In this document: positions 57,071-64,000 of the stretch, piece by piece
Numbering within the stretch: the first letter of the stretch is position 1
Layout: each line of letters starts with the position of its first letter
Assembly (NCBI GenBank): GCA_037143135.1
Contig: JBAWZH010000002.1
Coordinates: 2,696 to 66,695, forward strand
Direction of reading: 5' to 3'
DNA length: 64,000 nucleotides
Source of the DNA: a bacterium
GTDB taxonomy: Bacteria > Verrucomicrobiota > Kiritimatiellia > CAIKKV01 > CAITUY01
The notes under the pieces: model-generated
Told to the model about the DNA's origin: nothing
Database searches by the model: none
What the model saw: only the letters and a program-made list of their open reading frames with translations
Program-made: the position numbers and the translations under genes

Positions 57071-57100
57071 GATTCATCATCCCGCTGTTCAGTCTGTATC

Positions 57101-57844
57101 CTAACTACCTGCCAATTCGTAAGAAAGCACGCACAACCCGTATATCGCCGCCGTCTCAACCCTCAATACACGGGTTCCGTAACTGACAGGAATGGCGCCG
57201 ACCTGATGCGCAAGGGCAAACTCTCTGGGCGAAAAATCACCTTCAGGACCGATCAGTAATCCCACCGATTTGGGGTGCCGTGCCCTAAGATCTGCCAAGC
57301 CGCTTCTAAATGGGGTAGCCGTCTCTTCCAACGACGCAATCAAAAGCCCATCCAAAGGAATTCCTCCCCCCAGAACATCGACCAGAGACCGAACCGGCTG
57401 GATAGTCGGAATCCAGGCCGTCCGGCATTGCTTGGCGGCCTCAACGGCAATACGTTGCCAGCGCTCCGTCCGCTTGTCCGCTCTTTCCTCTTCCAATTTC
57501 ACAACACCTCGATCCGTCATCACGGGCAGGATGGACCACACCCCGATTTCCGTGGCTTTTTGGATAATCCAGTCCATTTTCTGGGCTTTTGGAACGGCCT
57601 GAATAAGCGTGATCATCACACCGCTTCCAGTCTGTGGGCGGCGATCCAGAATACGAATCGCTACGCCGCCGGGAGTAATTTCAATAACTTCGGCGGAGGC
57701 CTCCCCGCCTATTCCGTCTGAGACCACGACGCGATCCGCCATCCCCAGCCGGAGAACATCGGTAAGATGATGGGAATCATCGCGGCTCAACCGAACAACT
57801 GGGTTATTCCACGCAGAAGAATCAACGAAAAATCGGGGAATCAT
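57101..57844 (-). CDS. rsmE: 16S rRNA (uracil1498-N3)-methyltransferase
   Basis: MIPRFFVD...[20 protein letters not shown] and [11 protein letters not shown] are typical RsmE motifs. Confidence 0.85.
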   Translation of the reverse strand: MIPRFFVDSSAWNNPVVRLSRDDSHHLTDVLRLGMADRVVVSDGIGGEASAEVIEITPGGVAIRILDRRPQTGSGVMITLIQAVPKAQKMDWIIQKATEIGVWSILPVMTDRGVVKLEEERADKRTERWQRIAVEAAKQCRTAWIPTIQPVRSLVDVLGGGIPLDGLLIASLEETATPFRSGLADLRARHPKSVGLLIGPEGDFSPREFALAHQVGAIPVSYGTRVLRVETAAIYGLCVLSYELAGS

Positions 57845-59025
57845 GGCTCCGTCTTCGCCTTGTTAAGTTCCTGTTTCGCCTTGTAAAAACAAGTGGCCTG
57901 ATCCCTGGATTTCTGCCCCATCGGATAATTGGAATCCTCGCAGGAATCACCGAAATCCTTGAGGATCTTCTTCTGTTTTGAATCCAGACGAACCGGAACT
58001 TCCACCACAACGCGAACATGAAGATCTCCGCGGCCATGACCATCGAGACTGGGGACACCCTTGCCTCGTAATCGGTAGATCCTGCCGGTTTCAGTCCCGG
58101 AATCAATTTTCACGGTGGCCATCCCCTCGAGTGTGGGAACCGAGACTTCGCCCCCCAACGCCGCAAGATGCATGGGTACGGGAATCTCGCACAGAAGTTC
58201 CGAGCCTTCCCTCTGAAAAAGATCACTCGGCTTGACGTGTAGCAGCACATACAGATCCCCCGACGGGCCTCCCCTGACACCACCCTCCCCCTGCCCGGCA
58301 AGCCGCAAGCGGGATCCGGTCTCGACACCGGCCCGAATGGGAAGAGTCAGTCGTTTTCGATTCTTCTGGCGTCCCGTTCCCTTGCACTCACGACAAGGTT
58401 TTGTAATCATCTTGCCGCTGCCTGAGCAAACGGGGCATGTTTGACGAACCTGGAAGAATCCGCTGGCGGAAATCACGGCTCCGCGACCGCCACAATGCCG
58501 GCAGTTTTCTTCAACGCTCCCCGGTTCGCTCCCCATTCCCCTGCATGCGCCGCACTGCTCGGCCACGGTAAGCGTAATCTCCCTCTTGGCTCCGAACATG
58601 GCCTCTTCAAAATCAATTTCAAGGTCAAACCGAAGATCCGCTCCCTGTTGCGGACCCGTCCTGGAGGTTCGACGTCCTCCGCCGAAGATATCCTCAAAGA
58701 CACCGCCCCCTTCACCGAAAAGACTGCCAAACAAATCCTGTAAATCGGAGACATGCGTAAAGTCACGCGAGAAATTGAACCCATCCGGACCAAAGGCAGA
58801 CTTCAGTCCTTCATGCCCGTATTGATCGTACTGGCGCCGCTTGTCGGGATCGCTTAAAATTTCGTAAGCCTCGCTGACCTCTTTGAATTTCGCCTCCGAG
58901 GCCTTATCGCCCTGATTGCGGTCGGGATGATACTCCATCGCGAGACGTCGATAGGCCTTTTTTACGTCCTCCGGTAATGCCGATCGCGACACGCCAAGAA
59001 TCTCATAATAATCTCGTTTTGCCAT
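57841..59025 (-). CDS. dnaJ: Molecular chaperone DnaJ
   Basis: [12 protein letters not shown]...YHPDRN (J domain, HPD), a G/F region, and four CxxCxGxG repeats ([32 protein letters not shown]). Confidence 0.95.
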   Translation of the reverse strand: MAKRDYYEILGVSRSALPEDVKKAYRRLAMEYHPDRNQGDKASEAKFKEVSEAYEILSDPDKRRQYDQYGHEGLKSAFGPDGFNFSRDFTHVSDLQDLFGSLFGEGGGVFEDIFGGGRRTSRTGPQQGADLRFDLEIDFEEAMFGAKREITLTVAEQCGACRGMGSEPGSVEENCRHCGGRGAVISASGFFQVRQTCPVCSGSGKMITKPCRECKGTGRQKNRKRLTLPIRAGVETGSRLRLAGQGEGGVRGGPSGDLYVLLHVKPSDLFQREGSELLCEIPVPMHLAALGGEVSVPTLEGMATVKIDSGTETGRIYRLRGKGVPSLDGHGRGDLHVRVVVEVPVRLDSKQKKILKDFGDSCEDSNYPMGQKSRDQATCFYKAKQELNKAKTEP

Positions 59026-59153
59026 AGCCAACAAATCCTTGCCTAACTTGATGAATCATTCACTTTTCGAAGCGGGGGGGAGTATAGCCTCTTCAAGAAG
59101 TTTGAAAAGGGATCAGCGCCAAGGTCATCACTTCCCCGAGGGTGGGGTTAGTG

Positions 59154-59663
59154 TCATGGCACCACCGTGCGCTTGAGATCCTCCTTCAAATACGCCAGGA
59201 CATCCTTAAATTTCACGATATTATCCGGGAACGCATCAATCAGATCCTCGTGTGCCGTGATCATGTCCTGTGTCATCTGCCGCTTATCTCCACCGGTCGC
59301 GAGAGGATCACCGGAAAGAACAGGAAAAGAGGCGTCAGGCAAACTCGTGTCAACGCGGACAAGATGAAGCAACCCCAGCATTTTCAAAAGAAAAAGGTTC
59401 TTTTCGCTCAAATCGAAGAGGATGACCTCGCCGTCCGTTTTCCTGATCACGGTGGATAGTCCTGCCAGAATGCCCATGAAGGTGCTATCCATCCCGACAC
59501 AATCCTTCATTTCAACAACAATCCTTGAACACCCCTGCTCAATCGCCGAGGCTCCGAATTGTTTTAGAGACGGTCCTACCTTGAATGTTCCCCTTCCCTG
59601 TACACGGACATAAGCCACCTGATCTCGTATCCCAACCTCAACTTTATCGACCACTGTATCCAT
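59154..59663 (-). CDS. STAS-domain protein (anti-sigma-factor-antagonist-like) with about 55-aa C-terminal extension
   Basis: VAYVRVQGRGTFKVGPSLKQF......RIVVEMKDCVGMDSTFMGILAGL...ILFDLSEKNLFLLKMLGL follows the STAS/SpoIIAA fold pattern. There is no obvious phosphorylatable-Ser context. Confidence 0.55.
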   Translation of the reverse strand: MDTVVDKVEVGIRDQVAYVRVQGRGTFKVGPSLKQFGASAIEQGCSRIVVEMKDCVGMDSTFMGILAGLSTVIRKTDGEVILFDLSEKNLFLLKMLGLLHLVRVDTSLPDASFPVLSGDPLATGGDKRQMTQDMITAHEDLIDAFPDNIVKFKDVLAYLKEDLKRTVVP

Positions 59664-59712
59664 AGAAAATCCGTTTCAATTGGTGTCAGGCTAACACCCC
59701 TCACGTCTGCTG

Positions 59713-60387
59713 TCAACGGGGGGGCGCAATGACAAATACAATTTCTCCCTTGATGGTTCGGTTTTCAAAAAGACGCTTGATTTCAGAAGGTGTACCCCAA
59801 ATCGTCTCTTCAAATTTCTTGGTCAACTCCCGGCCTAGAAAGAGGTCGCGGGGCCCCAAAACGGAGTCCACTTCATCCAGCACCTTGAGAATACGGAACG
59901 GCGACTCAAAAAACACAACGGGGACAGGACACTCTGCAAACTGCTGGAGAAACCTGCGCAGAGCGCCGCTTTTCCGCGGGGTAAAACCGGCAAAAACGAA
60001 ACCGGCGCCATTGAATCCGCACAGTGCGACTGCCGTCGTGACGGAGGACGGACCCGGAATACAGGTGACTGGGATCCCCGCCTTTCGACAGGCGGCCACC
60101 AAACGTGATCCGGGATCCGAAACCCCCGGCATGCCCGCGTCCGTGACCAGGGCCATAGACTCACCCCGACGCAATCGGTCAATAACCCCTTCAGCCCGGG
60201 ACGCTTCATTGAATTTATGGCAACTGAGGGTTGGGGTGTGCAACCCGAACCGATCCAGCAAGATACGAGTCCGCCGGGTATCCTCGGTCAGAATCGCCTG
60301 AACACCCCCCAATGTCTCAATCGCCCGCTTCGAGAGATCGTCCAGATTCCCGATGGGCGTTCCCACCACATATAGTCCCGGTGTCAT
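59713..60387 (-). CDS. rsmI: 16S rRNA (cytidine1402-2'-O)-methyltransferase
   Basis: MTPGLYVVGTPIGNLDDLS.RA...L, EDTR and SDAGMPGVSDPG. The ATG at 60387 is preferred. Confidence 0.9.
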   Translation of the reverse strand: MTPGLYVVGTPIGNLDDLSKRAIETLGGVQAILTEDTRRTRILLDRFGLHTPTLSCHKFNEASRAEGVIDRLRRGESMALVTDAGMPGVSDPGSRLVAACRKAGIPVTCIPGPSSVTTAVALCGFNGAGFVFAGFTPRKSGALRRFLQQFAECPVPVVFFESPFRILKVLDEVDSVLGPRDLFLGRELTKKFEETIWGTPSEIKRLFENRTIKGEIVFVIAPPR

Positions 60388-60468
60388 ATTTCTCCACAAT
60401 CAGGCTTGTCGTTTCCTGACGCCTCCATACAATGGGCTCCATTTCTACGGCATTCAGGATCGAAAGCA

Positions 60469-61587
60469 ATGAGAATCTGTGTGGACATTCAGGCGGCGGT
60501 ATCTCAACGGGCCGGAGTCGGGCGTTATGCCAGGACTCTGGTCGAACACCTGGGCCCGCTCGCCCTGCCTGAAGATGAGTTGCGGCTGTTCTTCTTTGAC
60601 TTCCGCCGACGGGGCCTGGACTTCACCTGCCCGGGCGCGCAACTCTCACCAACCCGTTGGATACCAGGACAATACGCGCAACAGGCGTGGAAACGGTTTC
60701 ACTGGCCACCTTTCGACTGGTTCTCGGGACAAGCGGATGTGTTTCATTTTCCCAATTTCACCATTCCCCCGCTATCCCATGGCAAAGCCGTGGTAACAAT
60801 CCACGATATGAGTTTCTTGCGCTATCCGGCGTTTGCGGAGAAAAGGAATTTGGAATACCTGACCTCGGTGATTCACGAGACCGCCCGCCGGGCCGATGCC
60901 ATTATCGCCGTCTCCGAGTTCGGCAAACGGGAGATCGAGGAATGCCTGGGCGTCGCCCCTGACAAGGTCTCTGCCATCCATCTGGGCATTTCGCCACACT
61001 GTGCGCGCCAACCCCTTACCGCCGTCAATGCGTTGCGGAAACAACTCCATCTTGCCCGCCCTTACCTCCTCACGGTCGGCACCATTGAACCCCGCAAGAA
61101 TCTGCCTTTTATGCTCGAAGTATTTGAACGGCTCGACGAGTTCGACGGCGACCTTGTCATCGCCGGAATGCCAGGCTGGAAAGTGGAACCCATTATGGAT
61201 CGCATGCAACAGTCGCCCAAGCGCGACCGGATCCGGTACCTCAACTACCTTCCCGATGGACAATTATCATCGCTCTACTCAGGCGCCGAACTATTCCTGA
61301 TCACGTCATTCTACGAGGGATTCGGATTCACACCCTTGGAAGCCATGGCCTGCGGAACACCCGTCGTCTCGTCCGCCGGCGGGTCGTTACCCGAAGTGCT
61401 GGGGGATGCCGCCATCATCGTTCCGGAATTCAAGTCCGAGGCATGGGCCACCGCGATACAGTCGTTGCTGGCGGACACCACCCGGCGAGACCGGTTGTCC
61501 CTCCAGGGAGTCAATCAGGCATCCGGATATTCATGGCAGGATACGGCGCGAAAAACGTGGGATGTGTACAGAAAGGCCGTGGCATGA
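60469..61587 (+). CDS. Glycosyltransferase, GT4 family
   Basis: MRICVDIQAAVSQRAGVGRY at the N-terminus and the E-x7-E motif YEGFGFTPLEAMACGTPVV. Confidence 0.8.
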   Translation: MRICVDIQAAVSQRAGVGRYARTLVEHLGPLALPEDELRLFFFDFRRRGLDFTCPGAQLSPTRWIPGQYAQQAWKRFHWPPFDWFSGQADVFHFPNFTIPPLSHGKAVVTIHDMSFLRYPAFAEKRNLEYLTSVIHETARRADAIIAVSEFGKREIEECLGVAPDKVSAIHLGISPHCARQPLTAVNALRKQLHLARPYLLTVGTIEPRKNLPFMLEVFERLDEFDGDLVIAGMPGWKVEPIMDRMQQSPKRDRIRYLNYLPDGQLSSLYSGAELFLITSFYEGFGFTPLEAMACGTPVVSSAGGSLPEVLGDAAIIVPEFKSEAWATAIQSLLADTTRRDRLSLQGVNQASGYSWQDTARKTWDVYRKAVA

Positions 61588-62774
61588 AAGTCGCCCTGGA
61601 CGCACGCTGGATCTTCAATGAAATCTCCGGCATCGGCGCCCACACCCGGGATCTGATCCGGCACATTGCCAGGGAAGACCGCCAGACAACCTACATTCTG
61701 ATTTTTTCCGATCAGGCCCTCGCCGAACGAACGTGGCATGAGGCGGAACTGTCGGATAAACCCAATTTCCGCCCGCATATCGTGCCGTGGAGTATCTTCT
61801 CCCCGCGAAGCCAGCTTCACATGCCGTCATGGCTCGTGCGGCAGGGAATCACCGTGTATCATTCCACGAATTACATGATTCCCCTGGCCTCATTTCCTCG
61901 CGGGAAAATGGGGAAAGTTCTGTGTGTGACCACCATTCATGACCTGATCCCCATGCTGTTCCCCGCGGCAACGCCGCGCGCCTTGAAGACACGCTTGTTC
62001 CCCCTCTACAAACGCCTGATGCTTGAAATCGGCACCCGCGCCGACCGGATCATCGCGGTGAGCAAAGCCTCCCGCGATGATATCGTCAATCACCTGAACA
62101 TCCCCGCCTCCCGCCACGGCAACGTGCGGGTCATTTACAACGGGGTATCCTCCCTGTATTGTCCCGCACAAAATGTCACAAAGACAGGGGATTCCAGTCA
62201 CCCCCGGGTTCTCCTCTATGTCGGGCGAAGTGACCCGTATAAGAATTTGACCGTCTTGATCGAAGCGCTTGCGGTCTTGCGGGGAACCCTTCCGTTCCCG
62301 GTGCATCTCAATATCGTTGGGCCTCCCGACCCCCGGTATCCGGAAGCCGGAAAAAGAGCCGAATCATTAGGCATCAAACCCTCTGTCACCTGGCTTGGAT
62401 ACCAGACCAGCGACGCCCTGGTGCGCGCCTACCAAAATGCCGACGCGGTCATCCTGCCATCCCGTTATGAAGGGTTTGGATTCCCTGTTGTCGAGGGCAT
62501 GGCCTGCGGGACACCCGTCATCTGCAGCGACATACCTGTGCTGCGCGAGATCGGCGGCGAGGCCGCATACTATACCACGCTCGACAGCCCCCCCGCTCTG
62601 GCGGAAGGTATTCGATTTGTCCTGACCGACGCCAAACAGAGGGAACACATGATCCAACGGGGCTTTGACCAGTCTCGCCAGTTTACCTGGGCCGAAACCG
62701 CCCGGCAAACCATCGCGCTCTACCGTGAACTGGCCGAGACCAATGACACAACGCGGAGTCCGGTTAACGCATGA
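61584..62774 (+). CDS. Glycosyltransferase, GT4 family
   Basis: The ATG at 61584 overlaps the previous stop (ATGA). MKVALDARWIFNEISGIGAHTRDL at the N-terminus and YEGFGFPVVEGMACGTPVI. Confidence 0.8.
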   Translation: MKVALDARWIFNEISGIGAHTRDLIRHIAREDRQTTYILIFSDQALAERTWHEAELSDKPNFRPHIVPWSIFSPRSQLHMPSWLVRQGITVYHSTNYMIPLASFPRGKMGKVLCVTTIHDLIPMLFPAATPRALKTRLFPLYKRLMLEIGTRADRIIAVSKASRDDIVNHLNIPASRHGNVRVIYNGVSSLYCPAQNVTKTGDSSHPRVLLYVGRSDPYKNLTVLIEALAVLRGTLPFPVHLNIVGPPDPRYPEAGKRAESLGIKPSVTWLGYQTSDALVRAYQNADAVILPSRYEGFGFPVVEGMACGTPVICSDIPVLREIGGEAAYYTTLDSPPALAEGIRFVLTDAKQREHMIQRGFDQSRQFTWAETARQTIALYRELAETNDTTRSPVNA

Positions 62775-63895
62775 ATACCCCGTCATACCCCCCTGCATGG
62801 AACTCCCTAAAGGTTGTATTGTGTCACGACTGGCTCACCGGTATGCGGGGCGGCGAGCGTGTCCTTGAGTCGCTTTGCGAAGCCTTTCCTGAGGCACCCG
62901 TCTATACTTTGATCCACAATCGTTCCGCTGTTTCAGATATCATTAACCGGCACCCCATCCATGCGTCCTGGCTGCAATCCATCCCCGGCATTGAAAAACA
63001 TTACCGGAACTTTCTTCCTTTATTTCCAAACGCCATCGAGCAGTTCAAGGTTCCGGAAGCCGACCTCATCATCAGCACCAGTCATTGTGTTGCGAAGGGA
63101 TTGCGCGCCTGCGGCGGGACGCGTCATTTGTGTTATTGTTTCACACCCATGCGCTATGCCTGGCTTTTTCATGATGAATACCTGGGCGGGAGCCTCCTGA
63201 AGCAGCAACTCGCACGCCCCCTTCTCGCCTGGTTGCGCGCGTGGGACAGGAACGCTTCGAATCGTGTGACCCGGTTTGTCGCCATCAGTCGTCATATCAG
63301 GGATCGCATCAACCAGTTCTATGGGCGCGATGCGGACTTGGTCTATCCCCCTGTGGATCTTGATCGCTGGACACCGGACTTCAAACCGGCCGGTGATTTT
63401 GACCTTATTGCCTCCGCCCTGGTTCCGTATAAAAAAATTGATTTGGCCGTAACCGCCTATTCGCGAAGTGGCCGGAAACTGAAGATTGTGGGCACCGGCA
63501 CTGACTTTGCATCACTTCAGGCGGCGGCAGGCCCCACTGTTGAATTTCTCGGGTGGCAATCCGATTCCCAGTTGCTGGAACTCTATAGACGCTGCCGGTT
63601 GCTGGTTTTTCCCGGCGAGGAGGATTTTGGCATTGTTCCCCTTGAAGCCCAGGCGTGCGGACGTCCCGTTGTCGCCTATGGCCGTGGCGGAGCCCTGGAA
63701 ACCGTCAAGAACGGACTCTCGGGAGTCTTTTTTGATCAGCAAACACCCGAATCCCTTCAGCACGCCATTAACTCATGTTCGGCCTGCGTTTGGGATCCGG
63801 TTCTTATCCGTGCCCATACGGAAGCCTTCAGCAAACAGGCTTTCATTGATGGCCTGGCTTCATCTATCGAATTGATATTGAAACAACGCGGATGA
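62771..63895 (+). CDS. Glycosyltransferase, GT4 family
   Basis: ATGA overlap with the previous gene. VVLCHDWLTGMRGGERVLE at the N-terminus and EDFGIVPLEAQACGRPVV. Confidence 0.8.
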   Translation: MNTPSYPPAWNSLKVVLCHDWLTGMRGGERVLESLCEAFPEAPVYTLIHNRSAVSDIINRHPIHASWLQSIPGIEKHYRNFLPLFPNAIEQFKVPEADLIISTSHCVAKGLRACGGTRHLCYCFTPMRYAWLFHDEYLGGSLLKQQLARPLLAWLRAWDRNASNRVTRFVAISRHIRDRINQFYGRDADLVYPPVDLDRWTPDFKPAGDFDLIASALVPYKKIDLAVTAYSRSGRKLKIVGTGTDFASLQAAAGPTVEFLGWQSDSQLLELYRRCRLLVFPGEEDFGIVPLEAQACGRPVVAYGRGGALETVKNGLSGVFFDQQTPESLQHAINSCSACVWDPVLIRAHTEAFSKQAFIDGLASSIELILKQRG

Positions 63896-63927
63896 TAGGG
63901 TCGGAAGAACTCTCTTAACAGAAAAGG

Positions 63928-64000
63928 ATGCATATCGTGACGAAGGTAAAATTGAGCATTATTGGGGTTGGATCCATGGGCCGCTTCCATGCAGAGAAAC
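63928..64000 (+). CDS. 5' end of a Rossmann-fold (probably Gfo/Idh/MocA-type) oxidoreductase gene, truncated by the right window edge
   Basis: Not in the ORF track. The ATG at 63928 is preceded by AAAAGGA. MHIVTKVKLSIIGVGSMGRFHAEK has the I-G-x-G-x-x-G dinucleotide-binding start typical of sugar-nucleotide dehydrogenases in glycan clusters. Confidence 0.4.
   Translation, partial: MHIVTKVKLSIIGVGSMGRFHAEK

Overview
The window is a 64-kb chromosomal segment of a Gram-negative bacterium. Hand-counted 60-nt lines in core genes give about 55-62% GC. It is densely coded, mostly by recognisable housekeeping genes, and I found no rRNA, tRNA or CRISPR array.

Recognisable content:
- Amino-acid and lipid A genes: leuB, lpxI-lpxB, accD-accA plus a biotinylated carboxyltransferase.
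- Polyamine synthesis: nspC, carboxynorspermidine dehydrogenase and an ornithine-decarboxylase-like enzyme.
- DNA and tRNA or rRNA functions: uvrD-type helicase, queA, gatA-gatB, truA, an RluA-family synthase, rsmE, rsmI.
- Other housekeeping: trxB, deoB, alr, dnaJ.
- A KDG/KDPG-type sugar-acid operon.
- Four glycosyltransferases.
- Four type II/IV secretion-family ATPases: one PilU-like gene and a PilB-PilT-PilB triplet.

LpxI, the many pilus ATPases and the carbohydrate genes would fit a PVC-group organism. That is only an impression and was not tested.

Non-routine parts:
1. A toxin-antitoxin-dense, partly AT-richer islet at about 700-5400. It holds PIN/RHH, HicAB and BrnTA pairs, a tyrosine-recombinase C-terminal remnant and three orphan ORFs, and sits between a PIG-L deacetylase gene and leuB. 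The deacetylase gene was missed by the ORF track because it runs off the left edge.
2. A tightly linked gene pair at 19865-22135: a cyanophycin-synthetase-G-domain-like ATP-grasp enzyme and a MurC-type Mur ligase. It lies upstream of the decarboxylase and is divergent from an uncharacterised 649-aa ORF. This is my best candidate for an undescribed system.
3. The PilB-PilT-PilB ATPase triplet, embedded in a gatAB...trxB co-directional block with no other pilus genes.

All functional calls rest on motif-level recognition from translated ORFs. No database search was possible.
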